From: an uncultured Chthonomonadaceae bacterium
Lineage (GTDB): Bacteria; Armatimonadota; Chthonomonadetes; Chthonomonadales; Chthonomonadaceae
Length of the DNA stretch: 64,000 bases
NCBI GenBank assembly: GCA_963835065.1
Contig: CAWIEK010000049.1
Span: 384,001 to 448,000, forward strand
Direction of reading: 5' to 3'
A program made the translations under genes and the position numbers. Positions 1 through 9,509 of this stretch are shown here, piece by piece (position 1 is the stretch's first letter; the number at the start of each line of letters is the position of its first letter). The notes beneath the pieces were generated by a model. That model ran no database searches. It was not told the DNA's origin and was given only the letters and a program-made list of their open reading frames with translations.

Positions 1-439
1 CAATCGCGTCCGCCGTCACGATGCCGAGCGGCGTGGAAAACGTTCCCCGGCTCGTATCGTACTGCATGGTCGTGGCCTGCAAAATGCTGTGGATGTTGGC
101 TTTGGCGAGATACGTCACGAGCGCCAGCGTTTCAGGCGAGTTGGTCACAATCTGGCTTTTGGCGACATCGGCCAGCTTGTCGTTTTCCATCGTTTTGGAA
201 GACGCGCCGTTGCCCAGTGTTTTCTGCGGCTTGTAGCCCTTGCCCTCTTTTTCACGGCACTTGCTGTTGAAGAATGTTTCGCTTGCGCCCGCGAACGACT
301 TGCTTTGCCCATTCTCCCCTACCCGCCCCCACTGCGTTTCGCAAGTTTGATCGTCGAACAGGCGGATGTTCCAGAACTTGTTGTTGTTGTTTTCCAGACT
401 GGTCAGAATGTAGCGGGCTTCCTTCACCATTGTTGACAT
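1..439 (-). CDS. WGR-domain protein, probable bacterial PARP-like protein (5' part; runs off window edge)
   Basis: Manual translation from ATG 439 (SD AAGGAGGT): MSTMVKEARYILTSLENNNNKFWNIRLFDDQTCETQWGRVGENGQ...KEGKGY (WGR motif), then ...STPLGIVTADAI resembling the start of a PARP regulatory domain. Not in the ORF track because no stop lies in the window. Confidence 0.7.
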   Translation of the reverse strand, partial: MSTMVKEARYILTSLENNNNKFWNIRLFDDQTCETQWGRVGENGQSKSFAGASETFFNSKCREKEGKGYKPQKTLGNGASSKTMENDKLADVAKSQIVTNSPETLALVTYLAKANIHSILQATTMQYDTSRGTFSTPLGIVTADAI

Positions 440-564
440 TGTTTGTTACCTCCTTGCATTGGCTTGCAGCGAGTGAGAACAGCGTTGTTGAGATTATGCT
501 GTTTCACTACTCGCGCCGCGCCGCAGGAGGAAAGCCCATGTCCACAATTTTGATTTTTTCTTAC

Positions 565-912
565 TCAGTTCGATACGTTCAGCACATTTACCAGCAGTCG
601 AACAACCTCATTTGTTTTATCAGCCTTCAGCCGTCCCAATCTGCGCTTGATGAAAGTTCCGTCCACAGCAAAGGTGTAGGTGGGTCGAATATAACACGTC
701 GCGCTGAGTTTGCCTTCCGCCATATCATTCGGCTCCAACGGCATGATGTACGGGTCTTCTTCGTTTTGCGTCGTGACCAGACAAACCAGATAGTCTGTGC
801 CATTAAAATACGGCCATGAAGCCAAAATGAGCGCAGGCCGTACCTTGTAATCAGCGTCACTGGAGAACGGAAACGGAACCCATACTAAATCTCCTCGGCT
901 ATAGTCCGCCAC
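565..912 (-). CDS. PemK/MazF-family toxin (mRNA interferase)
   Basis: RGDLVWVPFPFSS..KVRPALIL signature; overlaps upstream small gene. Confidence 0.85.
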   Translation of the reverse strand: MADYSRGDLVWVPFPFSSDADYKVRPALILASWPYFNGTDYLVCLVTTQNEEDPYIMPLEPNDMAEGKLSATCYIRPTYTFAVDGTFIKRRLGRLKADKTNEVVRLLVNVLNVSN

Positions 913-1151
913 GCCTGATCCTCCTGCGCATTATCCCAAAACTTACGAAGCGTTGCTTCAGCGGCAAAGGCAGTCATTTTTGCCGGCTCAATGGGGGTAT
1001 CCGCAATCTCGAAAGTTTCACCTTCGGGTGTGGTAATGGTTACAGGTGAGCATGGTTTGAGCAACACTCGCCCATTACTACCCGTCTCCTCATCAACCTG
1101 CTTCGGCTGCCCGTTCTTAAACTCAGCCATATCTACTTTTGCAATAGTCAT
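885..1151 (-). CDS. Putative antitoxin of the PemK/MazF toxin
   Basis: Small gene upstream of and overlapping the toxin; C-terminal AEATLRKFWDNAQEDQAW motif typical of such partners. Confidence 0.65.
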   Translation of the reverse strand: MTIAKVDMAEFKNGQPKQVDEETGSNGRVLLKPCSPVTITTPEGETFEIADTPIEPAKMTAFAAEATLRKFWDNAQEDQAWRTIAEEI

Positions 1152-1272
1152 GTTGCTCTGCCTCTCCAAAATTAACCAACGCCTTTCCGCCTATCACCCT
1201 CCGACAGTCGGCGGAATGTCAAGACGCAAAGGCGTTGCAAAATATCGCTTACCAGTCTCAAATACAGCGATG

Positions 1273-2697
1273 TCAGGCGATTATTTTTGTGGCAACTTCC
1301 CCGGCTACGTCGGTGAGGCGGTAGTCGCGCCCGCCGTAGCGGTACGTTAGACGCTTGTGGTCTATGCCGAGCAGGTGCAGCATCGTGGCGTGAAGGTCGT
1401 GGATGTGCATTTTATCTTCCACCGCGTAATAGCCGTAATCGTCCGTTGCGCCGTAAACAAAGCCGGGTTTCACGCCGCCGCCCGCCATCCAGCAGCAGAA
1501 GCCGTGCGGGTTGTGGTCGCGCCCGTCGTTGCCCTGCGCAGTCGGCGTCCGTCCGAACTCCCCGCCCCACAAAACAAGCGTATCTTCCAGAAGGCCGCGC
1601 TGTTTCAAATCCTGCAGGAGCGCGGCAATGGGTTTGTCCACTTCCCGCGCGTTGTTGGTATGCCCGTTCTTCAAATCGCCGTGCTGATCCCATTTGTAGC
1701 TGTGGGTGCATTGCACGAAGCGAACGCCCTTTTCGCAGAACCGCCGCGCCAGCAGGCATTGCCGCCCGAAGTTGTCCGTTGGCCCCTGATTTATACCGTA
1801 CATATCCAGCGTAGCCTGCAATTCGTGGGAAATATCCATCAGGCTTGGCGCTTCCGTCTGCATACGGAAGGCCAGTTCAAACGATTGGATGCGCCCTTCC
1901 AATTGCGGGTCGCTGCCAAAGTGCTTCAGTTGATCCTCGTTCATACCCTTCAGCATGTCTAACTGCATCCGCTGCAAATCGCTCGTCACGTCGTTATTGC
2001 GGATGTAATTGATAGCGGCGGACTTCGCGGGAATACTGGCGTTGCCGATGGGAGTTCCCTGAAACGCGGCGGGCAAAAACGCGCTCGACCAGTTCTGTAC
2101 GCCGCCGTGTCCGAGCGTGGGGCAGATGGTAATAAAACCGGGCAAATTCTGGTTTTCGCTGCCCAATCCATACGTAATCCACGATCCCATGCTGGGGCGA
2201 ATAAACGTGTCGGAACCCGTGTGCATGGCAAGCAATGCGCCACCATGCGCCGGATTACTGCCATAAAGGGAACGAACCACGCATAAATCATCCACATGCT
2301 GCGCCACATTGGGAAACAAATCGGACACTTCGATGCCCGACTGCCCGTACTTCTTGAACTCCCAGGGCGAGCCGAGCAGATTGCCTGTCTGCGCAAACTG
2401 AACGCGCGGCTTTTCGCCTGGGAAGGGCTTGCCGCTGTCCCGCGTCAGCAAGGGTTTGGGATCAAACGTGTCCACCTGCGACGGCCCGCCGTGCATGAAC
2501 AAATAAATCACGCGCTTGGCGCGGGGCGCAAACATCGGCGCGTGGGGAGCCATCGGGTTCAGCGATTTGCCGGAAACAGCATTTGCGGCCTGTGATTGTT
2601 CGGCCATCAAGCCAAGCAAAGCCGTCAGGCCGAAGCCCGTGCCGCATTGTGCCAGCATTTCCCGGCGTGTTCGTGGCTGTCGTAGATAATGACTCAT
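1273..2697 (-). CDS. DUF1501 family protein (Tat-like leader)
   Basis: TRREML leader, AKRVIYLFMHGGPSQVDTFDPKP, WGGEFGRTP, GRDHNP motifs. Confidence 0.9.
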   Translation of the reverse strand: MSHYLRQPRTRREMLAQCGTGFGLTALLGLMAEQSQAANAVSGKSLNPMAPHAPMFAPRAKRVIYLFMHGGPSQVDTFDPKPLLTRDSGKPFPGEKPRVQFAQTGNLLGSPWEFKKYGQSGIEVSDLFPNVAQHVDDLCVVRSLYGSNPAHGGALLAMHTGSDTFIRPSMGSWITYGLGSENQNLPGFITICPTLGHGGVQNWSSAFLPAAFQGTPIGNASIPAKSAAINYIRNNDVTSDLQRMQLDMLKGMNEDQLKHFGSDPQLEGRIQSFELAFRMQTEAPSLMDISHELQATLDMYGINQGPTDNFGRQCLLARRFCEKGVRFVQCTHSYKWDQHGDLKNGHTNNAREVDKPIAALLQDLKQRGLLEDTLVLWGGEFGRTPTAQGNDGRDHNPHGFCCWMAGGGVKPGFVYGATDDYGYYAVEDKMHIHDLHATMLHLLGIDHKRLTYRYGGRDYRLTDVAGEVATKIIA

Positions 2698-2868
2698 ACC
2701 TGCCAATCCTTCCCCTCTGGTTTCGCCCTGCATCTCGCTGTTTGTGGTTAGTTTCCCTATGGTTGTATTATACAACGCGCAGGCCACAGGATGCCGCCGT
2801 ATTTGTCGGCTTTCTCCTTTTTTGGAGGCACAAAATCATCGGATGTTTCAGCTATTCTGCGTTTCCGC

Positions 2869-3276
2869 TTACAAATGCGCGTCCAGTTCGGCGTGAGCGG
2901 CAGCGACATTGGCCTGATGATGCGCCAGTCCGTCCCGTATCTGCTGAATCGCGATGGTTGGGTCTTCCACTTCGATGACCAGTTTCTTGTAGCGCTCGTC
3001 GTGCAGCGAAATGACAATCGCCTTTGCCTTGTCGCGCACATCCCAGAAGACCCATTCGCCTTCCTGATAGAACGTTCCCGCCCGGAACACGTTGGGAACG
3101 GCTGTGCCGCCCATTTTAAGTCCCTCAAACCAGCCCATCGGCGGGTTCGGTTCGGCCTGCGCGTCGGAAATGTGCGCCAGTGGTATTTCCAGCCGGCTCT
3201 TCAAAGCCCACAGTTTGTCCCATCCCTGTACTTCCAGATGCAGTTTGTCGCCTTCCACGCTGAGTAAAACCATCAT
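2869..3276 (-). CDS. Conserved hypothetical protein
   Basis: Clean ORF with GGAGG SD; GT.VP....AGTF motif; co-directional with neighbours. Confidence 0.65.
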   Translation of the reverse strand: MMVLLSVEGDKLHLEVQGWDKLWALKSRLEIPLAHISDAQAEPNPPMGWFEGLKMGGTAVPNVFRAGTFYQEGEWVFWDVRDKAKAIVISLHDERYKKLVIEVEDPTIAIQQIRDGLAHHQANVAAAHAELDAHL

Positions 3277-3327
3277 AGCCCTCCCGTTCTGATCCCTGTA
3301 GGAATATCCCTCCAAGCATTGACAGCC

Positions 3328-3888
3328 TCAACCCTCTTGTTGTTTCTTCTTCACGAAATCCAGCATCCAGAGACAGGCCAGTTTTGTCGCGCCCAATTCG
3401 TTGAAAATGTGGTTGCGTTGCTCGCTTGACTTCACCGCTGACAGATGCCTTGAATTCATGCCGATAGCGGCTGCGAACGCCTGCTGCGTAACTCCCTGCT
3501 TCTTCAGTTCTTGGAGCAGTTCGTCCAGCGTAACGCCTTCCAGATAAGCCGCCACATCGGGAGTATTCTTTACCTGTTCGCGCGTCCTGGTTTCAACCGC
3601 CACAAAGCTGTCCGGTTCGTTCAGAAACGTAATTGCTAAAGCATGGCAGTGGTAACAGTAGCCGCCCTTGCCGATGTAACAACTGCATGAGGACCGCAGC
3701 CCTCCATCAAGGGCTTCCAGCGTCACCGTATAGGTTCCGTGATTCCCCTCTACTTTCGCTGTGATGTTTTTGCCGCGTCGTTTCCGCTCCCGAAACTGGC
3801 CGACATAGCCCAAAGTTTTGCTGTCCGGCGGCTCCAGCCAACGCAGTTTCACACCTTGCGCCAATAGTTGTATATCTTCTTCCGGCAT
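3328..3888 (-). CDS. SWIM zinc-finger protein with C-terminal HTH-like region
   Basis: CSC...CYHC SWIM pattern; VTQQAFAAAIGMNSRHLS HTH-like segment. Confidence 0.75.
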   Translation of the reverse strand: MPEEDIQLLAQGVKLRWLEPPDSKTLGYVGQFRERKRRGKNITAKVEGNHGTYTVTLEALDGGLRSSCSCYIGKGGYCYHCHALAITFLNEPDSFVAVETRTREQVKNTPDVAAYLEGVTLDELLQELKKQGVTQQAFAAAIGMNSRHLSAVKSSEQRNHIFNELGATKLACLWMLDFVKKKQQEG

Positions 3889-3899
3889 TGTTGTCCTCT

Positions 3900-4493
3900 T
3901 CATGCGTCTGTCTCAGGGGCAGGAACAGGCGGAAATGTCACTTTGTCATAGATTTCAATCAAAGGTATGCGGCATTGAATGGCCGGCAGTTCCAGCGTAG
4001 CGTTCAATCCTCTATATTCCGTCAGCGTCCATTGCTCCCCCTGCCGCGCATAATGCTCCACCAGCGCCTGATGCTGCGCCACCATAATATACTCCTGAAG
4101 CGTTGGTATACGCCGGTAATGCGCGAATTTTCCGCCCCGGTCATAGGCTTCCGTCGTTGGCGAGAGAATTTCAAACAAAATGATGGGATTGAGAAGCGTG
4201 TCCGTATGCGAGTCGGCATACTGCGACGGCCCACAAACTACGCTGACATCCGGGTAAGCGTATTTGCCTGTGTCCTCTATTTGTACGCGCATATCACTCG
4301 TATGCGTTCTACAGGGACGCCCCTTGAGTTGAAAACGCAACTCTGCGCCGATATTTGACGCAATGGAGTCGTGTTCCTCACTTACGCCTGACATCGCGTA
4401 GATTTGCCCGTTGACGTACTCGCTTTTGGTTTCCGCCTTACGCTCCCATTCCAGGTACTGTTCCGGCGTGATGCCCGACAACACAGCAACCAT
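3900..4493 (-). CDS. Uma2 family (DUF820) endonuclease-like protein
   Basis: EYVNGQIYAMSG, YPDVSVVC, EILSPTTEAYDRGGKF motifs. Confidence 0.92.
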   Translation of the reverse strand: MVAVLSGITPEQYLEWERKAETKSEYVNGQIYAMSGVSEEHDSIASNIGAELRFQLKGRPCRTHTSDMRVQIEDTGKYAYPDVSVVCGPSQYADSHTDTLLNPIILFEILSPTTEAYDRGGKFAHYRRIPTLQEYIMVAQHQALVEHYARQGEQWTLTEYRGLNATLELPAIQCRIPLIEIYDKVTFPPVPAPETDA

Positions 4494-4580
4494 ACTCTAG
4501 CCTCCCTGCTTCTGTGTGCTAAGTTCCACTTTCTGTGAGACAAGTTCGACTCCACACCTTATTGTGTCCCAAATTGCCGC

Positions 4581-6293
4581 CTACTTTACAACGCATGAAA
4601 CGACGAGAGGCTGGATTGCCTCTTTCACCGTTACCTGAAATCTCTGACTTGCGGCGTTCGCAGGCCCCAAAACATGAAATTGTAAGCAGGCTGAGGTTTT
4701 AGGCGCATCCTCATTTCTATTCACAGCCTCCTGTTCCACTTTGAGGAAAAATTCTGATGGCGTTTGCTGAGATGCCTTCAAGACCCGACTGTCTGGAGCC
4801 AGGCGGCGCAGGGCCTCCATGAGGCCGGGACTGAACTGGCTTAACGGCAAACCCTCTCCCGCTATCGCTTGATGGTCGCCAACCGTTCCTGCCTTATACA
4901 ATTCCAGAAAGTCGGCAAAGGCGCTCTCGTCAACCTCAAATTCGGCGTCCGGCGCGGTTTGCTGCAGCAAAGTGAGTATCTGAGGGCGCGTGAGAGTTGC
5001 CAGAGCATTGAGCGTTTCCGTTCGCAGTTTCCCGGCGCGTACATCGCCTTCCAACTGCCGTCGTACAGGAAGAGGAGGCTCGCATTGACTCAGCATGTAC
5101 CAGAACTGCTGACGAATACAAATGGCTCCGCTTTGTTCCCACCAGACCCTTTGCCAACGCTTGCAGAGATCATCCAGAAACGTGGGGGCATCCGGCGCTT
5201 TAACTCCTCTGACTCGCCGCTCTGCTTTTTCCCGGTCTGAATCGGGAGGAGTGTAGTAGTCGGTGAATACATTTTTACTCAGGCTGCGCTGGAGAATAGA
5301 AACTATGTCTCCCCATTCCTCCGTTACCTGAACCTCGGCGGTTGTTTTTGATACGTCCGAGAAGGCCATGAAACCGGTGGATTGCCCTTGCGCGTCCTCT
5401 GCTTTTACAGGCGTCCGCCTGTTTCCGGCGGCAAAGGCGTAGGGGCTTACGCGCTGCGGAAAACGCGCCGTTTCGATTCCTAACACAGCCTTAACAGCAT
5501 CAACGCCCATAACGTTTGCTTCTACACGCCCACCCCAGGGAGTTGAACGCGCCCGCAAGACCACAGTGCTTTCTCGAACTTTTTCCGGCGTCAGCGTATC
5601 CAGTTTGGCTTTGTATTCAGGAAGTTCCAGAGCATGAGCCTTCAGACGCGCTTCTACAAAGTGAAACAAGGCGTCTTGCGCAGAAGCGTTTAGCTGCCCG
5701 ATTTTAGCAGCAAGATACCCCTGTTCCAATGCGCCCGCAATCTCAGGAGCGGTAAGCGTGGATAGGAACCGCTCTCCCAATGCGGTGCTGATCAGGAAAA
5801 GGGTATTGGGCGCTTCTTGAAGTTTAGCAAGTGTTGTGTCTGCCTTGCGCCGTAAACCCTCTGCCATTCGGTTGAAAGGCTCCATGCGAAGCTGTTCATC
5901 CAGTGCGCGGGTGCTGCGTTTCGTCTGCATCTGTCGGGCGTGTGGCGTGTGCGCGCTTCCAATTTCTACCCACGTAAACGCAAATAAAGCAGCCACTCCC
6001 TCCAGAAAGGCGCTTGCGCTCCCTCGAAAGGCGATGGCGACGCGCTCATTGGAAATATCCTGCGACACGCTCAACTTCCAAGGGGTGAGTGGACTGACAC
6101 GCGCGACGACTTCTCCTAGAGTTTGTCCATAAGCGCGTACTTCGATGAGAGCAGAAGCAACCGGTTCAGCCACATCCTGGGCCATCGTCTCTCCAATTGA
6201 ATCCAGGCAGAACAAGCCGGCAAATGTGGCTTGGAGCAGGCGCCGCCTTGTTTGCGGAGTATCAGAAAAACATGGCTGCTGTTTTCGTCTCAT
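4581..6293 (-). CDS. Hypothetical exported protein (Tat-like signal)
   Basis: 570-aa ORF, TRRRLL plus hydrophobic stretch; no family recognised. Confidence 0.65.
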   Translation of the reverse strand: MRRKQQPCFSDTPQTRRRLLQATFAGLFCLDSIGETMAQDVAEPVASALIEVRAYGQTLGEVVARVSPLTPWKLSVSQDISNERVAIAFRGSASAFLEGVAALFAFTWVEIGSAHTPHARQMQTKRSTRALDEQLRMEPFNRMAEGLRRKADTTLAKLQEAPNTLFLISTALGERFLSTLTAPEIAGALEQGYLAAKIGQLNASAQDALFHFVEARLKAHALELPEYKAKLDTLTPEKVRESTVVLRARSTPWGGRVEANVMGVDAVKAVLGIETARFPQRVSPYAFAAGNRRTPVKAEDAQGQSTGFMAFSDVSKTTAEVQVTEEWGDIVSILQRSLSKNVFTDYYTPPDSDREKAERRVRGVKAPDAPTFLDDLCKRWQRVWWEQSGAICIRQQFWYMLSQCEPPLPVRRQLEGDVRAGKLRTETLNALATLTRPQILTLLQQTAPDAEFEVDESAFADFLELYKAGTVGDHQAIAGEGLPLSQFSPGLMEALRRLAPDSRVLKASQQTPSEFFLKVEQEAVNRNEDAPKTSACLQFHVLGPANAASQRFQVTVKEAIQPLVVSCVVK

Positions 6294-6329
6294 GCGGATT
6301 GCTCACCCTCCACACCTCGCCATCATAAT

Positions 6330-6710
6330 CTAGCCGTCCAGATGCTGTTTGCCAGGTTCCGTGTTTGACGAAACAAGTTCCACGCGATGCCCGTCCGGGT
6401 CTTCCACAACCGCCCGCCTGCCCCATTCCGAATCCGCAGGTTCCGTAACAATCTTTATGCCCGCAACCATTAATTCTCTTGCCAGGTTGTCAACATCTTT
6501 AACACGAAACCCTAGCCGTACAGAAGCCGTGCTGTCTTTATCACTTCGGCGCGGATATATCTCAAATACACAGCCGTTTGCTTCGCAGGCGTAATGTTCG
6601 GGGCCGTTGCCGTGACGGTGTTTCGTGAATGTCAGGCCGAGTGACCAGTAGAACTGTGCCGAGCGTTCCATATCGTCAGACCAGATTACGATGAGGTTCA
6701 ACTCTGGCAT
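6330..6710 (-). CDS. VOC/glyoxalase family protein
   Basis: DMERSAQFY...WGRRAVVEDPDGHRVEL. Confidence 0.88.
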   Translation of the reverse strand: MPELNLIVIWSDDMERSAQFYWSLGLTFTKHRHGNGPEHYACEANGCVFEIYPRRSDKDSTASVRLGFRVKDVDNLARELMVAGIKIVTEPADSEWGRRAVVEDPDGHRVELVSSNTEPGKQHLDG

Positions 6711-6732
6711 TCCGTTAGTTTCTCGTTTCCAT

Positions 6733-7416
6733 CTACTTTGTACCCAGGCCATTCAGCAGTTGTTGCGCGCGGCTTTGAATATCAGCGTAAACGTCTCCAT
6801 AGGGTGTTGGTTGAGACAGGCTTGCCAGAACCGTCAGCGCTTCCCGGCTTGTCATTACAGTAGGGTTGGCAATCAACAAGTCGGCAGTCTGTGTTCCCTC
6901 CACGCGCTGCGCCACTTTAACCAGCGCTTCTATAGGAACGTCGGGATTGCCTGCAAGAGTGTTCAGATACTGAGAGTAGGAAAAGCCACTCGTTTTCTTT
7001 ATTTTGTCGAACACGCTATCTGCGTACAAACGGATGTCTGAGGCATCGAAGTGGTAACTGTCCTGTCCATACGGCGCCTTACCATAGCTGTAATCAGCAT
7101 TGAATTTCAGGAACCCGATCTTGCTGCCGTTGCGCACACCTGACAAGTAAGAATAGAAGCAGCCGCTCGGGCAATCCTGTCCCGGTCCGTAAGCAACCGT
7201 GAACAATTCGGCGGTTTGCCCGTCGCTCAGTTCTACAATGCGCAATTTCTGCATCTGCGGCAACTGCTGCCCGTTCACGTACCGCGTAATTTGACTCTGC
7301 ACAGAGTTGGGACTGTCGCCGCCCCCACAGCCTGCGAGACAAACAAGCAAAGCCAGGCTGCTGACAGTCATTTTCATGGATGTTGCATGAAATGTTGAAC
7401 GGCGAGATGTGAACAT
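6733..7416 (-). CDS. Putative lipoprotein
   Basis: Lipobox LAGC followed by GGG; GQDCPSGC motif. Confidence 0.65.
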   Translation of the reverse strand: MFTSRRSTFHATSMKMTVSSLALLVCLAGCGGGDSPNSVQSQITRYVNGQQLPQMQKLRIVELSDGQTAELFTVAYGPGQDCPSGCFYSYLSGVRNGSKIGFLKFNADYSYGKAPYGQDSYHFDASDIRLYADSVFDKIKKTSGFSYSQYLNTLAGNPDVPIEALVKVAQRVEGTQTADLLIANPTVMTSREALTVLASLSQPTPYGDVYADIQSRAQQLLNGLGTK

Positions 7417-7477
7417 AAACGATTCTCCCAGGGGGCTGTGAACTATTTGCGACCTATGGGGGTTGACGCCTGAAAGT

Positions 7478-8314
7478 CTAACGCAAGCGAGTGCAGCGCA
7501 AGCCTTCGGCATATCGGACGTGAAGCAGGCTGCCGTATTGTTCCGCGCTATGGGCAACAAAGCCTTCTATGCGCCGCAGTTTTTCGCCGCCGAATTGACT
7601 TTTGTGGAGGGCAAGCAGGTCGCGCTTGGACTGCCATTGATCGGTCACGTCAACAGCGAAGTTGGGGGCGATGGTGGAAAAGCGCAGCAGCCATTTCGCG
7701 CCGGGGGTTTGGCGAACGGCCTGTTCCGTCGCGTCACCCGCGTTGCGATGGTCGCGGTGGCTGAGGCGGGGCGGGTACTCGAAATCGAATGCAAGCACGT
7801 ATTCGGGCTGAACGCGCTGCATAACATTGGCGATACGTTGCACAACATCGGGATTGGCAAACAAGCGCCCATCCGGGTAGGAAAGAAATTCTACGGATTG
7901 CGCTTTCCACGCGGCTGCTGCGTCACGCTGCTCCTGCTGCCGAACCCGGCGGTTGCGCTGCCAGTCCTCAAACGGATAATAGCCCTTGTCGCCGTCCGTG
8001 CAGACAACAATCGTCATTTGCGCCCCGGACGCGGCCAATCGGGTCAGCAGGCCGCCGATATAAAATTCCGCGTCGTCCGGGTGCGCGGTGACAATCAGCA
8101 CCTTTGTACCCGGCTGAAACAGCTTTGCGCTGTCCGGGTCTGTCCAGGGGTTGTTTTGCGGCAATGTGCGGGGAATAAAATCATAGCGTTGTGGCTGATA
8201 CTGGTACAAGCCGACCAACACGCCGCTCAAAACCGCCAGCGTTCCCAGGCTCCAGCGCAGCAGGCGCGCGCCCCGTGAACGCGGCTTGCCGTTCGCGGGG
8301 CGGATATTCGACAT
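7478..8314 (-). CDS. PIG-L family deacetylase, N-terminal TM helix
   Basis: AHPDDAE, TDGDKG, HRDH motifs. Confidence 0.9.
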   Translation of the reverse strand: MSNIRPANGKPRSRGARLLRWSLGTLAVLSGVLVGLYQYQPQRYDFIPRTLPQNNPWTDPDSAKLFQPGTKVLIVTAHPDDAEFYIGGLLTRLAASGAQMTIVVCTDGDKGYYPFEDWQRNRRVRQQEQRDAAAAWKAQSVEFLSYPDGRLFANPDVVQRIANVMQRVQPEYVLAFDFEYPPRLSHRDHRNAGDATEQAVRQTPGAKWLLRFSTIAPNFAVDVTDQWQSKRDLLALHKSQFGGEKLRRIEGFVAHSAEQYGSLLHVRYAEGLRCTRLR

Positions 8315-8585
8315 TCCATCTGCGAGTTCGTTCCCTGCCCCACCAGCCTCTGGTTCCAAATCAACCCTCCTTACTACTCTATCAAGGCAGAACACATAAA
8401 GTCAAGGCAGGGGTTCTGCTTGCTGAACCCTCCTCAAATACGGGCGCAACAGGACTTAAATCAGGACGCTGCTTGCTGCGCCCCAAACTGCCTACTTTGC
8501 TACGTGGGTAGCTTGGGCTGGCACACTTTCGTCATTATCCTGTGGCGCAATAATCTCGTGGCGTTGAACAGACAGTCTTAGATCA

Positions 8586-8903
8586 TCAGCCGCGTCGGAT
8601 ACCATTGGATACGGGCTTGCGTCTTCCAGGTTCTCTTCTGGCCCCTAATGTCCATGTTATCAGAATAATTGCGCCATACAGGAGGCCAAGACCTATCTGG
8701 TTCCCGTCCCATAGATTGGCTTTAGCAACGGCAGCGCGGCCATAGATGCTTTGCAGATACATAAAGGCGCAAATGATGAGGGCGAGTGTGCCAATCAGAA
8801 ATGTAGCAAAAACAGATAGGAACGTGAGCGCGTTGCCACGCGCATTCTCCAGCTTGGGAGCAGACATACTCAATTTCTCATGATTGCTTGCCTGATTTAT
8901 CAT
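8586..8903 (-). CDS. Small membrane protein
   Basis: Two hydrophobic segments; overlaps upstream ORF. Confidence 0.45.
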   Translation of the reverse strand: MINQASNHEKLSMSAPKLENARGNALTFLSVFATFLIGTLALIICAFMYLQSIYGRAAVAKANLWDGNQIGLGLLYGAIILITWTLGARREPGRRKPVSNGIRRG

Positions 8904-9384
8904 GATCGTCTTCTTTCTTTCCCTTGCCTAAATAGGCCACTGCCGCGTCGCGCGCTTCGGGCGATACACTGGCGAGGCTCAATGCCGACATCACCAACCC
9001 CGGAATAATCCATGCCACGCCGCCTGTCACCGCGCCAAAAACAAGCAGCCCGATCCCTGTTGCCGTACCTACGCCTGACATTGCGGCTTTGAAAACGAAG
9101 GCGCGATTGGCTTCTCTATGTACCTGTTCCGTTGCTTCTTGTGCCTGTTGTTGCTCGGCAAGACTTTGGCGGAACTTCAACAACTCCTGCGGCGATAATT
9201 CCTCAAGCAGGCGTTGGTCTATCTGCGTGAGCAGCGTCTCCTCACGAGGCAGTGGTTCAAGCCTTTCAGCAGGGGCTACAGAAGTGGGTGGCTCCACGAC
9301 TTCAAGAGCATTGTTGCGCTCCTTTAATTGGGCGTTTTCTGCTGCCAGTTGGGCATTTTCTGATGTCAGCCTTGCAAGCTGCAT
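8878..9384 (-). CDS. Coiled-coil membrane protein
   Basis: N-terminal heptad coil, two C-terminal TM helices. Confidence 0.55.
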   Translation of the reverse strand: MQLARLTSENAQLAAENAQLKERNNALEVVEPPTSVAPAERLEPLPREETLLTQIDQRLLEELSPQELLKFRQSLAEQQQAQEATEQVHREANRAFVFKAAMSGVGTATGIGLLVFGAVTGGVAWIIPGLVMSALSLASVSPEARDAAVAYLGKGKKEDDHDKSGKQS

Positions 9385-9509
9385 TTGAAGGGGTTGGGTA
9401 TCGTGTTCTTCTCCCTTCGAATCGTGTTTGCGTCATCAAATCAGTCCTTGCCGTTGCGGAACCCGGCGGCGTTGATCTTGCTCTACGAAATAAACTCCTT
9501 TATTTCTCC

